Shown here piece after piece: positions 42,801-51,992 of a stretch of 64,000 nt of DNA. Source of the DNA: Phoronis australis (Eukaryota > Animalia > Phoronida); the NCBI GenBank assembly GCA_002633005.1, contig NMRA01000011.1:2048061-2112060 (forward strand), in the 5' to 3' direction. Below the pieces are notes generated by a model. It saw only the letters and a program-made list of their open reading frames with translations, had not been told where the DNA came from and ran no database searches. The position numbers and the translations under genes are program-made. How positions within the stretch are numbered: the stretch's first letter is position 1; each line of letters starts with the position of its first letter.

Positions 42801-45800
42801 GTAAAATGCTTGTTTTAGTTTTGTGAAACGGACCAGACATTAGCAGTAAAATTGCTCCTCCTCTTGGAAAGCAATGAGAGTCACTAGTCTTCTGTTGAAG
42901 GCCGTCATTTAACTAACAAAAATGACATGGTATCAGATGAGGATACGAGAAGTTCTAAAGCCCTTTTTGAATCTCATTTTATTTTCTACGTACACCAAAA
43001 TTTGGAGAAATGAATATTCACTTTTAGTGAATCTCTCACTTGATTCTGGATGTAGGCAATAAACCCATCTTGTGTTAAAAAGTTAACCTTTGAATTGGAC
43101 TCATAAAGTTGTAACAGTAACTGGTCTTCAATTGTTTCTTGCTCATAGTAGAAGTGATTTCTAGAATTGTCATTAATGTGGTAGTTGTTTTTCTCTTAAC
43201 GATAGCACAGCAAGGTTACATTCATTTGACTTTCACATTTAACCAATTACTGTTTTGCCCCTGGTGTCAATTTTAATACATTCTATAACTATTATCTTGC
43301 TAGAGTTTCTTGTGACGAGAAATCAAATTCTCACTTATGGAATGGAATCCATACACTGTGAATTCAACGCTACCTAGATGGTGTTTTTAAAAACATGACA
43401 GCATCTGCCCATTTCTGCCTTGCTCTGGCATGTGCTGTGCCCTCTAGTGGCTCTTTTAGTATTTTTGTGTCTATTTTTGGCATCCATCTTTCCATCTGCC
43501 AAACGTTGTTAAGGATTTTTACCTGGCTAGCGTTAATTTTTGTATAGACGTGCCGATCACTGCTTTGTTCCCTAGTTGCAGGTTTCGTTTTGCTTTGCCC
43601 CAATATCTACCATTTTAGTCTTGACAACATTTTTAGATATGATTTTAGCAAGGAGAAAGTAGCACTTGATCATGTTTATTCAGTTCTGACTTACCGGATT
43701 CGCCCTAATAAGCACCCATGCCCCAAAAGTGCCCCCACGCATTTTCAAACTTTGCTAAAGTAAGCGCCCAGCCCACGAACGTGACAGTAAACATGCGAAA
43801 AATGCCTTACCTATAGTTCTAAAATTCCACAGTAACGTCTTCAATTTATCAATAATATCCGACAGTCCTGAAAAAATCATTGTGCACAGAATTTCTAGAC
43901 CACGAGCCTCGCCGCTATGTCGGTATTTAGCCATGACTACAATTCAAACTTCTACATTGCTTCAAAAAGAACACAAGTTTTGCTGATCTTGTGAGGAATG
44001 TGTCCCATTATGGTCAGGCCTTTCAGAACATACACAGTGTACTTGTTAACAGGATTGTATTGTATCTTTCCCGTACAGATCTCAGTTCAACAGGAATCTA
44101 GATTTCTTTATACACGTGAAAACCGCGAATGGAAGACTAATAAAAAAACTTGACCAGTGTTAAAAGCATGTGGCCAAAAAAACCACGTGCTACTTACACG
44201 TAGGCCTGCTAGTTTGGCAAATGAACTCTGACATGCACGCAGTCACTCTCTCGGCACACACTTGCAGACTAACTTTAAAACAAACGTCGCGTCACAACGA
44301 CGTGTGTTCGTCCAGATTTTCCTTGTGTTGCGGGGTGCGATCTATCGCAGATTTGGACTTAATCTGCAGTTAATCCTGACTCCACAGGAACTTAAAAATC
44401 TTAACAATGTTTTTTGGTAAACTGGGGGATTCAGGTAATGTGATGAGTCGAAATTGTATTTTTATTCAAGAATTCAAGTTGCCCTATTGAGGATCGCGAG
44501 GTAGCAACGCATCAGTCGGCGAGTTTTCGCCCTAGGATTTCCACACAATTTTCTGAAAAAGGATGATCATCATTTAACAACGAAGTTTGATAGCAAATGA
44601 GTGTACCACAACTTGGTGGAATATCTGAAATACATGTAGATTACAGATATGTCACAGCATATAAATTTGATGAATCCTAGCTTCGGATTTCACCCGTTTT
44701 GGAGACCGGGTTTCAACCACTTTAGGCTACAATAAGCGCTCTCCTCCCAAAATGAAATTTTCTAAGCACCCTGGGTGCTTATTAGGGCGAATACAGTAAT
44801 ATGCCGTGCCCAGTAGTGGCAATTTTGTTGATTCAGTATTCACTTTTTTTTATCGGCCAATCAACATAGAAGATTAATTAGTTTCTGTTAAAGTGAGCCT
44901 GACTACCACCGGTTAGTGGAAAGATTGGACTACTGCAATGCCCCTAGTGGTAATTGTTGTTTTAGCTGCAATTTCAATATCTAGCAGGCTAACATTTGCC
45001 AAGCCTTCTCTGTCACTGCACCCCACAGACTCAGTTTTAAATGAACATCCCTTATACATCTTTACTATTTGTGATGCACACATTGCACACATGTGAATGC
45101 TCTGCATTCCTGTTGATCTAATTAGAATTTCGTGAATTTGTTATCATTTTAACAAAGACCTGTCATCAATTAGTTTGTGTATTCTTCAATGTTTCCTCAC
45201 CACTGCTACTGCTTGATTACACAATTTTGTCCATTTTTACCTGTCAGCTTCCTGTAGCGTTCTTCCTATCAGACCAAAGATGGCGCCACCACCCCAACTC
45301 ACCTCAACACTACCGCCCCCTAGATTGCCTAGTCGACAAGCCTCTCTGCTCACCATTGCAGATAACACTCCAGTAAGTGACCACTGATATGTTTAACAAG
45401 AGCTGCACGCTTTGAGTGATAAACCTGATGCAAATCAGCACCCCGATGGAAATTTTTGACTCACTTCGGATATGCTTGTAATGGGGAATGCACGTGAGGT
45501 TTCGTAGCTGTCATTTATTTGTCCAAAATAATGGCATTGGTCTTGGAACTTAGGCAAAGAAACACCTGTGTGTTGCATATTTGTCCACAAAAACATCATG
45601 GTCACATTGTGTAACTTGATTTAGTATCGATGTTTGTACCTCTCCTGGTCGCCATTTTAGTTCAACAAATTATTTGGCAAAATGTTTCTTCCTAATTAAA
45701 AGAAAGTTAATTCAGGGATGTGTTGGCACCAGTCAATATTCAGACACATCGGACTGCTCAGACCCCTCTTAGACGTTTCAGTTTTTGACATTTCAGATAT

Positions 45801-48653
45801 TCATTTTACGATTTTGTCCAATGGCTCAAAAGATGTCAATGAACCAGTACCTGCCAATCAATTTTAAACAGATATGAGTATTTTAGTACCCCCTGTTGGA
45901 CATTTTATTGTTCGGGAATGTATTTCTTTTCCATCAATTGTTTTCAATTAAAGTTTTTTGACAGGTTTTTATGAAATTTGACACAAGAGTGTAAAATAGG
46001 GCAGTGCTAGCACAGCTGATTTTGTGTACTTGAGGTTTGAAAACGTAATATACACCATTCAATCAATCCTGAAATGTTATTGAACGAGCTGATAAATAAT
46101 GCCATAACCAGTGCCTACATGCGCCATTTTTATGCGCCCACATATTTATATGTGGACGCATTATGCCGTCATCTCCGTCCATCCGGCGTCCACTGCTCTA
46201 TCTCCAAAACCGATTGACGTATGTTCATGAAATTTTGTACGTGTTCCTTTCAGGGATGGGACGGCATGAGCGAACTTTTGAAGTGTATCTTCAATTTTCC
46301 TCAACATATTTTCACAAAATTTAGTATATAGGCATCCAGTAGTGAGATGACGGTATCCTCCCGTTTTCGGATGGATTCGACGTAGTTTGCGCCACCTAGT
46401 GGCCATTTTTACTGTTTTCGAGTCTGTTTTTTAGCATCCACCCCTGTATCAACCAAACAGCTCTAAGCATGATTGTGAAAATTGGCATGTGTGTTCTTAC
46501 TATAAAGAGAACGGTTGACCATGATTTTCCGACAACTTCGACTACTGTGGCGCCTCCTAGTGGCACTTTTAATTTTTTGCGCCTATGGCCATATCTCCTA
46601 AACCATTTGCAGGATCTTTATTAAATTTATTAAGTGCATGTATATGATGATGACAATGTATAACGACGACTTTCGGACAGATTTGACTACTGGTGTGCCA
46701 CCTAGTGGCAATTTCGTTTTACGTTTATCTCTGCATCTTCAAAGGTCCTCTACGGATTTTCATAAAATTTTGAATACGGGCATCTATTGGTGAGATGATA
46801 ATATCCTCCCAGTTTCGGATGGAATCAAGGTATTTTGCGCCACCTAGTGGCCATTTTTGCTGTTTTCGAGTCTGTTTTTTGGTGTCTCCCTCTCTGTTAA
46901 CCAAATCATTCTAAGGATAGTTTTGAAAATTGGCATATATTCAGTGTGAAGAGGACGTTTGACGATGACAACTTTGACTACTGTGGCGCCTCCTAGTATT
47001 AGTTTAATTTTGTTTTGTTTTGCGCCCATAGCTGTATCACCTAAACCTACTGCAGGATCTTTATAAAATTTAATTAGTAAGTGTATTTATATGAAGCTAA
47101 TAACAGACTATGGTGACTTTCAGGCAGATCCAATGAATAGTGTGCCCTCTAGTGGCAATTTCATTTTATTCTATTTTCTTTTGTTTCTCTGAAGTTCCGT
47201 GACAGATTTGTATGAAATTTGGTGTATAGCTTTCTATTAAAGAAGCAATGACATGTTTCGGTTTTCGGATGGATTGTTCCTTTTTCTGCCATCTAGTGGT
47301 CATTTTTATGACACAAATAAACAACCCTAAAAGCACACCATTTGCGATGCATTCGGGAGCGCATTTCAATGCTCTACGTTGCTATTGTTCAATTCACAAT
47401 TTTAGGGTTGACCAACTCAATAAATTGAAGCATTTTTGGGTTGTTGATGGTTTCAATGTTTTTGTAATTTGGTAATGGAAATGTAATTCTGTCGCAGTAG
47501 TAAATATTACGAGACTAATTTTTTTAGAGTAAAAGACATCCTTCAAGTTCATTTTAGCCATCCAGCTAAACAAAGCGTAATCCAGCTCCAAGAAAAAAAT
47601 GGTCCTTTGCTCAAACTCTCCTTTCAACAACATTTTTGCCATGTAAATGTAAACACACCAGCTACAGTATATTCAAATTGTGCGATTACTTTGCATTTTT
47701 GCGTGTATTTTCTGCAGGGGTTAATCCAGGGTTTCAACAATAGGGTGTCCAAAATGGGTTTCCCGATTTCTCAGGGCATCCATGACAAGTAACCCGTGAT
47801 GGCGTTTTTATGATTCCTAGTCAAATTGCTGTATCGTATGGTATTTCACTGTGGAGACATGATTCCACAATAAGATTTTTGTATCTTACATAATTTCTAA
47901 ACAATTTTTTATTCTGGACAGGTCAATGAACTCCCAAAGCTGCTGATAGCACATTAAGAGACACAAAATACCTGTGTTTTCTTGTTTTCTTTATTTGCAT
48001 ATCCAAGTGGTTGACAGTGCGTCCTAACTAGGATGTCTAAATTTGAGTAAGGATGTCCATTTGGACACTCTGTAAGATGAAGGACTGATTCTAAGCAACT
48101 TGATATTGTGTTTCATTGAGAATAATTTATTTTTCAAAAGTAGTTGAGTTCTAGGTGCATGAAACAAAATTGTTTATTGATAATTATGAAGTCATAGTTC
48201 TTGAAACAGACCCCATATTTTTAACTGGCACACAATCATTCGTGTAGTTCAATGTCATAAGATGGTAAAATCAAGTGAGCTGATTGGAAGCTACTGTTAT
48301 CAACTGTAACCTCAACAACAAGGTATGAAGTCAACAATTACAGGTTCGATATCTGCTGTGTGTAAAGTACCGAGATCATAAAAGGATAGCTATGTTTTGA
48401 GTTTCATTGTAAACTTTTTGGCATGGAAAATGTTCTTCAAATTTCTTAGCAGTATCAATTCCAAAAGATATCTCCCCCTCAGATAGCCATCACCAAGGCA
48501 CCTCTTCAAACAGCAGTAAAGGCGCAGGAAGAAAAGTCAAGAAAGAAAAAAGCACGGCCCAAACCAAGTCAAACTTCAGATGGCAGCACCAGCAGTAGTG
48601 GGACTCAGAATGGTATCCATAGGAACAAGTCCAACCTGTGTTGTGTTTTATGA
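3795..48653 (+). CDS. NWD1/NWD2: NACHT- and WD40-repeat-containing protein (NWD1/NWD2-like STAND NTPase); 21 coding exons in window, 5' end upstream of window
   Basis: Hand-spliced GT-AG model, all phases consistent: 3795-3897, 6279-6439, 7413-7487, 7815-8883, 11393-11667, 25239-25538, 27968-28201, 29674-29931, 31225-31348, 33032-33219, 34621-34746, 35644-35723, 36156-36338, 37545-37662, 38004-38194, 38708-38901, 39285-39447, 41430-41625, 42119-42367, 45248-45372, 48450-48653 (4616 nt). NWD-type motifs WYPLDENAVPP, Walker A GHHGSGKS, LRFPATLWLKIKHDL, YNFRRMNEL, CNFEYLLAK, QLACELIGRL, many GH...W WD40 repeats. NWD1 versus NWD2 orthology not resolvable by eye. Confidence 0.9.
4147..5640 (+). 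mobile_element. Degenerate Helentron-like non-autonomous element (HINE family A)
   Basis: Decayed 5' end and ~140-155 bp units each containing ccc/cac-ctagtggc; similar to the intact copies at 17599, 23323 and 46127. Confidence 0.65.
6279..6439 (+). CDS. NWD-like exon
   Basis: ctttacag acceptor, g|gtaagt donor; SSANASLCERDISGWYQTFIKLQDIVQYG...RFRWS. Confidence 0.85.
7413..7487 (+). CDS. NWD-like exon (not in ORF track)
   Basis: tttttcag acceptor, a|gtaagt donor; VDEQIHHAFKVKPKRCAFFLRNFE; phases 1/1 bridge the neighbouring exons. Confidence 0.85.
7815..8883 (+). CDS. NWD-like exon encoding the NACHT NTPase domain
   Basis: tttccag acceptor, ag|gtgagc donor; Walker A GHHGSGKS (8270-8293), Walker B VVLVIDDID, sensor-1-like VHIIMST, GRTLTKSQQ, PLW. 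Confidence 0.95.
11393..11667 (+). CDS. NWD-like exon (winged-helix region)
   Basis: cttgtcag acceptor, g|gtgagt donor; LGYISLSSHGVTEPELLDLLS...LRFPATLWLKIKHDL. Confidence 0.92.
12899..12955 (-). pseudogene. Inverted 3' half of the same tRNA-derived sequence
   Basis: Reverse complement ctagaccgacaatctagagaccagtggttcgattcccagttggggttcctgattttt matches 13200-13256. Confidence 0.75.
13174..13256 (+). pseudogene. tRNA-derived sequence (pseudo-tRNA/SINE head)
   Basis: A box TAGCTCAGTGGTAAGAGC, B box GGTTCAATTCC, imperfect acceptor and anticodon stems, TTTTT terminator; anticodon loop non-canonical. Confidence 0.75.
14890..15070. repeat. 3 x ~60-bp tandem repeat
   Basis: tgtatgacag...aggcatcctcaggccagcccagtactgatggggcaaagc three times. 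Confidence 0.92.
16783..19560 (+). mobile_element. HINE family A outer copy, interrupted by a second copy at 17599-19208
   Basis: Partial 5' end (tatgtaggcgcatattgc...ctgtctg); unit sequence breaks at ctctaagaatgatt (17600) and resumes at aaaaattagcatat (19209). Confidence 0.75.
17599..19208 (+). mobile_element. HINE family A full-length copy (nested)
   Basis: 5' T-run and hairpin atgtgcccacata-ttta-tgtgtggttgcat, GTCY-like tract, internal tandem units, 3' subTIR gggcgcat, short hairpin, ctcttgt end; no TSD. Confidence 0.85.
19707..19852. other. Assembly gap (146 N)
   Basis: Run of N. Confidence 1.
19853..20520. mobile_element. Second copy (right part) of the 43694-44796 MITE; left end lost in N gap
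   Basis: 20045-20520 aligns by eye with 44281-44796, including the terminal ...aatacag|TA. Confidence 0.8.
23323..25018 (+). mobile_element. HINE family A full-length copy (about 11 internal units)
   Basis: 5' hairpin atatgcccacat-gtttat-atgtgggtgcat; 3' gggcacttcaacactccccgttgctcttgt; inserted in a T-run. Confidence 0.85.
25239..25538 (+). CDS. NWD-like exon
   Basis: cttcccag acceptor, g|gtatca donor; VLVWRHWCF...SQPL...YNFRRMNELWIQL; follows a 13.6-kb intron in phase 1. Confidence 0.9.
25670..25990 (+). repeat. About two ~150-bp units of a gaccttgac...tcaaggtca satellite/HINE-type repeat
   Basis: ttcaaggtcacag...gttttgacttaggaaaatgttgtttg recurs about 145 bp later; related to 51640-51990. 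Confidence 0.55.
26534..27622. mobile_element. MITE with gccgatttca(t/a)aaggtggttt TIRs (PIF/Harbinger-like), containing a nested smaller MITE
   Basis: gagccgatttcataaggtggttt versus aaaaccaccttttttgaaatcggctt; subterminal aaacctggt/accaggt repeats; TSD unclear. Confidence 0.65.
27113..27271. mobile_element. Small hAT-like MITE (cataggcggatc...gatccatccctg)
   Basis: Imperfect TIRs of the same class as the 60077-60711 element; internal G/C-run stems. Confidence 0.6.
27968..28201 (+). CDS. NWD-like exon (not in ORF track)
   Basis: tttccag acceptor, g|gtatgg donor; DISSFKEQCFCNFEYLLAKVHS...DPLQLACELIGRLRETK. Confidence 0.9.
28261..29310. repeat. ~1.05-kb minisatellite, ~20-bp unit aaaatgtacccatcactcac
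   Basis: About 50 diverged copies; explains the overlapping spurious ORFs at 28142-29405. Confidence 0.95.
29674..29931 (+). CDS. NWD-like exon (linker and start of WD40 region)
   Basis: atttcag acceptor, g|gtaagc donor; PLLVPLTSWL...VAVSRDNQTVFC. Confidence 0.9.
29998..31157 (+). mobile_element. Second HINE-like family (B) with different internal units
   Basis: Tandem diverged units (gatttcaatgaaacttgacacag...gcacctcctagtggc); 3' end gtgccccatcgttgctctgtt resembles the family A end. Confidence 0.55.
31225..31348 (+). CDS. NWD-like WD40 exon
   Basis: GHTNLIHCILLTEDSSHLLSGAEDWTVRRFD; ttatag acceptor, ag|gttagc donor. Confidence 0.9.
32712..32806. repeat. (CT)n/(CCT) microsatellite
   Basis: Direct inspection; contains a single N at 32771. 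Confidence 0.95.
33032..33219 (+). CDS. NWD-like WD40 exon
   Basis: DHGDGVLCMVLTKDERLLITGSKD...GHLGPVTGIAL; phases 2/1. Confidence 0.9.
33400..34544 (+). mobile_element. HINE family A full-length copy
   Basis: ttttatgcacccacatat start; gggtgcattttaatgttccgcgtcgctcttgt end; 7 motif-bearing units. Confidence 0.85.
34621..34746 (+). CDS. NWD-like WD40 exon
   Basis: GSADGAIRLWYL...VICLAVSTDNIFLVA; g|gtaaac donor. Confidence 0.9.
35011..35220. repeat. ~20-bp minisatellite attacatttttattgtcatc, about 10 copies
   Basis: Direct inspection. Confidence 0.9.
35644..35723 (+). CDS. NWD-like WD40 exon (not in ORF track)
   Basis: GCEDGCLMVKSLTTGSDVHQLQGHQGK; aag|gtaaat donor. Confidence 0.88.
36156..36338 (+). 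CDS. NWD-like WD40 exon
   Basis: tctctgcag acceptor; IVEVAIATGSHHVVVSSDDGQVYLYNL; tgc|gttagt donor chosen to give phase 0. Confidence 0.8.
37545..37662 (+). CDS. NWD-like WD40 exon (not in ORF track)
   Basis: ttttccag acceptor; NLISVWNV...GHTAAITSIVLSRDGKTAVS; weak donor g|gtcttc. Confidence 0.85.
38004..38194 (+). CDS. NWD-like WD40 exon
   Basis: GSEDHLVKLWNL...VVSGLKTGNVKIWS; ctg|gtttgt donor. Confidence 0.9.
38708..38901 (+). CDS. NWD-like WD40 exon
   Basis: GHHSAISHVTVLSDSLRVVSAERDGVIHIW; aa|gtaggt donor. Confidence 0.9.
39285..39447 (+). CDS. NWD-like WD40 exon
   Basis: HSDVITCAQFSTDSQYVITGSADMSLKVWE; cag|gtatac donor. Confidence 0.92.
39980..40154. other. Assembly gap (175 N)
   Basis: Run of N. 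Confidence 1.
40816..41008. repeat. GC-rich agccgacc/ggtcggct palindromic cluster, probably the subterminal region of a DNA transposon
   Basis: cagccgaccagctggtcggctg and gccgaccggtcggc palindromes; multiple direct and inverted 8-mers. Confidence 0.6.
41430..41625 (+). CDS. NWD-like WD40 exon
   Basis: EHENSISCVAITRDNQNIVSGSHDKNLIVW...GHHRAV; g|gtaagt donor. Confidence 0.92.
42119..42367 (+). CDS. NWD-like exon (last WD40 repeat and start of tail)
   Basis: GSKDGSIRAWCMKTGTCLALFDMH...LPLLCLHNTP; g|gtaatg donor; acceptor lacks a pyrimidine tract. Confidence 0.88.
43400..45000 (+). mobile_element. Old degenerate HINE-like copy split by a TA-MITE
   Basis: Decayed gtgccctctagtggc and gcccctagtgg motifs on both sides of the 43694-44796 insertion. 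Confidence 0.45.
43694..44796. mobile_element. Tc1/mariner-pogo-type MITE with ~24-bp TIRs and TA TSD
   Basis: TA|ccggattcgccctaataagcaccc ... gggtgcttattagggcgaatacag|TA; no transposase ORF. Confidence 0.85.
45248..45372 (+). CDS. NWD-like penultimate exon, Pro-rich (not in ORF track)
   Basis: tttttacctgtcag acceptor, cca|gtaagt donor; ASCSVLPIRPKMAPPPQLTSTLPPPRLPSRQASLLTIADNTP; phases 1/0 fit; no homology support by eye. Confidence 0.7.
46127..47388 (+). mobile_element. HINE family A full-length copy
   Basis: Hairpin atgcgcccacata-ttta-tatgtggacgcat (12/13 paired), ccgtccatcc tract, 7 units, 3' gagcgcatttcaatgctctacgttgctattgt. Confidence 0.87.
48450..48653 (+). CDS. NWD-like terminal exon, polybasic stretch and C-terminal CCVL (not in ORF track)
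   Basis: tttcttagcag NAGNAG acceptor; QYQFQKISPPQ...KSRKKKARPKP...HRNKSNLCCVL-stop (TGA 48651-48653). Confidence 0.7.
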   Translation, partial: QYQFQKISPPQIAITKAPLQTAVKAQEEKSRKKKARPKPSQTSDGSTSSSGTQNGIHRNKSNLCCVL

Positions 48654-49532
48654 CAAGAAGTTAAGGACTAGTGGTGAATCTTGTTTTAATCTTGTGTTTG
48701 TAGGATTTTGCATGGTAAGTTGTTAACCATGTCAATGATGGGCTCTCAGTCGGGTATAGTTTTCAAGTGGGAATTTTTACCCTGTCAGCTTTACACTCAT
48801 AAGTAAATGTAGCATTAAGAAGTGTGTTGTAATCTGCATCGTCACTGTTTACACTTAGTCTACGCGCAATTCCTTCCTCTAAATAAGCGTTTGAGAACAC
48901 AAAAGATATGATGTAGGGTTGCAACATACAAGTTTGAACGTGGTCGAACGTTAACGACTCGGAATGTTGTGTCAGTGTCCTCATGTATTGTTGAAAAAAA
49001 TTGGAGATTTTTCTATGATCCTAGCGACTAGATAGTGACGTGTACAGGTCTAACTTTGCGAGAGTTTTGTTATGTTCTGGGCTAAGTACTTCAGATGTTA
49101 CAGCGGGCTTGGTCGGAGTTCTGTTCTATGATAGAGATGTTTCACGATAACTAACCATAGGATGATAGTTGTGTGTGCTTAAGATAAGGTACACGCAGAT
49201 TTTTTGTAACATTCAGCTTCAACTTGTGGAGCAAAAAAGCTTGTTGGTACTAGATGTTAAGAATTTACTAATGTGTGTCAGTTATGGTCTTGTCTATGTA
49301 AATCAAGGTGTGGTTAATGTATTGACTTATGCGAATGAGTTGCGACTAAGGTGTCGTGAATTGGATCATCAAAGTTTGTATTGCAATTTGTGAAGCAGAC
49401 CAGGTCTTGACTGGTGTGTATACATTGTTTAAAAATAACTTAGCTATATATTAGGTATGTTTACTTGCTTCGTGTGTACACAGTTAAATAATCATCTATG
49501 ATTGGAAGAAAGAGTTTGAATGTAATGGATAT

Positions 49533-49700
49533 TTATGCGCTCATAATGTATATTTATGCCCTCATATATTTATATTGATATTTATATTTGGTTACATACT
49601 GATATCATCTCTGTCCGGTGTCTAGCCGTTCAGCGTCTGTGGTTGTTACTCCTAAAGTCTTTGCAAGGTCTTTGTGAAATCTGGTTGTGTACTCCACTAA
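49533..49700 (+). mobile_element. 5' fragment of HINE family A in the putative NWD 3'UTR
   Basis: ttatgccctcatatattt...ctctgtccggtgtc...ctcctaaa...gcaaggtctttgtgaaat aligns by eye to the family 5' end. Confidence 0.5.
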
Positions 49701-49917
49701 TGAATGTGGCTATGGGTGGTTAGTGCAAACAGTGCGAATCAGTGGTTCTACTGTGAACCTCAGGACATCTCCAGCAGCACATGCGTACACGTCATGCTTT
49801 CACATAGATTTGTACTGAAACTAGAGCTGTCAATCTCATTGGTGGAACTTAACACCACATTCACATTCATTTTCTATTTTGGTGGTCATGGTAATATTTT
49901 GAAGTGTAAATATAGTT

Positions 49918-50348
49918 AATAAAACGTGGAACAATGCACAAATCGGGTCGTGTGTGAATGTATCCTCTGAAATACCTCGTTTGAACATTTGGTGATTTTA
50001 CCACTATATTGTGTACACTCGGTGTTTAATGCATTGCTTTCTGCACATGGAACTTATTACCAGGTTGTAGTCTTGGTATGGTCAGTGGTATTGTTGAAAA
50101 AATATTAGGGGGGCGCTGAACAGGGTGACTGACAAGATGTTATTTTAGAAAGCACTGAGAGGTGCATTTTGAGACTTTGAAAAGGTTGTGTTGTCAACTG
50201 CAATAATGACTTAACTGGTACACCTCCTGGCTGTTGTTGAACAATGCTTTTGATGTCATAATTGTCCAGTCTCTCTCTCTCTCAAAGTTTTGTGCAAACC
50301 AACGTATGGTCACCAGAATGTAACTTGAAGGTAATTGTGTTCAATAAA
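49918..50348 (+). terminator. Candidate polyadenylation signals of the NWD-like gene (AATAAA at 49918 and 50343)
   Basis: AATAAA hexamers 1.3 and 1.7 kb after the stop; the second is followed by T/GT-rich sequence. Confidence 0.4.
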
Positions 50349-50460
50349 GAAGTCATTTTCATATTTATTTGTGTCATAATATACATTAGTTGACAAGTCT
50401 TATGATTAATTACTACTTAATGTTATGTAATACTTAATTGTCTTAAAGGGGATGTATTTA

Positions 50461-50580
50461 GTCAAATATGTACAACTTGCACTAGCCAAATATATACAAC
50501 TTGCTCTAGTCAAATATACACAACTTGCACTAGCCAAGTATACACAACTTGCACTAGCCAAATATATACAACTTGCACTA
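50461..50580. repeat. 5 x 24-bp tandem repeat gccaaatatatacaacttgcacta
   Basis: Direct inspection. Confidence 0.95.
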
Positions 50581-51539
50581 GATTTTACACTTTGCACTTC
50601 CCAAGAGTTGATAGAATCTGGAATATGATTTTTAACTTTATATCAGTTTCCCATTAACTGGGTCATGTGACCATGTCTTCAGTACAAAGTAACAATAGAA
50701 AAGGCAAATTCGTAGCCGTACGTTTGATATTAAATGTTCAAATGAGATAGAATCTCAAAAACGCTGTTACAATTCTCATAAGTTATATTTTTGATAACCA
50801 CTAATTTAAAAGTGCGAACATTTTAAAAACATTTTGTAACAGCGAAGTGTCTGTGTAGTAACTGAAAATTTGGTATGAATCGGATCAGCCATTTCGCAGA
50901 TAACTCGAAGCTTGCCAAATTTGGACATTTTTCTAGCCTTAACCGAAGATCTTCAAAAGGGGTCGGTTAGCCGGGCAGCGGGCGCTTAAATTGAAAGTCC
51001 ATCTAATGTGAAGACGGGGGTGGGCGGTTCCGTGAGCATGGGCGTTAACCCGCATACTTGGGGGGTATAGCGAGTACTAAAACGTTTGCGTAAAGTAGTT
51101 CACTTCCCTTACATCGCCGCGCAGTCGAGTGTCCTGTCTTATGCATAAGTGCGGCCTGCACATAACTGCGGTCAAGATGTCTCTTTATCAGTCAGTGATA
51201 GAGACATAGTGGTGAACAGATCATCATTGTGATCGACAGCATGATGACTTAGAGCACCACTTGTGCAGTTGTTCAACCTTTGAAATTTCAATAACAATAT
51301 GTTTTTGAGAATACACTCTAAGTTTTACATTGACGTAAACATCGTTAATGTTGTTTTAGCTGTGTCCAACGGCACGCGAGGAAACGGGAGTGTTGCGTCA
51401 TTCAATCGTAGAGTTGCGAGTTTTAGGCCATGTCCACTGTTATTTCAGTATTTCCTTATGCAATTTGCCAAAGTCTGCTTTTGAACTTAGAAACCGACGC
51501 ATTTATGGTAAGCCTACAGTTGTGAGGTTAAAATGACTA

Positions 51540-51992
51540 ATAAGCCCAACTGGGCTGGGTACTTATCTTTCTATACCTATAACTGTTTGATTTAATTGTA
51601 CTTGTCACTGTAATAAATAAATACATACATATAAGGTCATTGTCAAAGTTGGGCAATTCAGGCGCCAATCGATTTTAGTGACCTTGACGCCAGTTTTAAG
51701 GTCACAGTGAATCGCGTTTTGACTTCGGCAGATGTTTGAACGATATCTCAAGAAAGGAGATTTCGATTTTGTTTAGCATTTTGCACAAATTTAAGGTTTA
51801 GGTGACGCAACTCCAGGGGCCTGGCGAATTTGGCGACCATGCTTCGGCTTTGATGGTCATACCAAGAAATTTATGAGTTCCAGAAAATATCGTTAGCGCG
51901 ATACCTGAAGGAGGAATCTTTCAGTACATTTTGTTCTTATCTTGTCTCTGTGTTGTAGGTGAGGCCTTTGCAGGCGACCTTGTTCTCGTTTC
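51540..51992 (+). repeat. HINE-type repeat related to 25670-25990
   Basis: gtgaccttgacgccagttttaaggtcacagtga...gatatctcaag units; hairpin-like 5' agcccaactgggct; ends in ttctcgtt. Confidence 0.45.

Noticed and set aside
46389-47300. Regularly spaced conserved ~17-mers resembling a CRISPR array
   Set aside because: The ~130-bp spacers are homologous to each other, the context is eukaryotic intron, and no cas genes are present.
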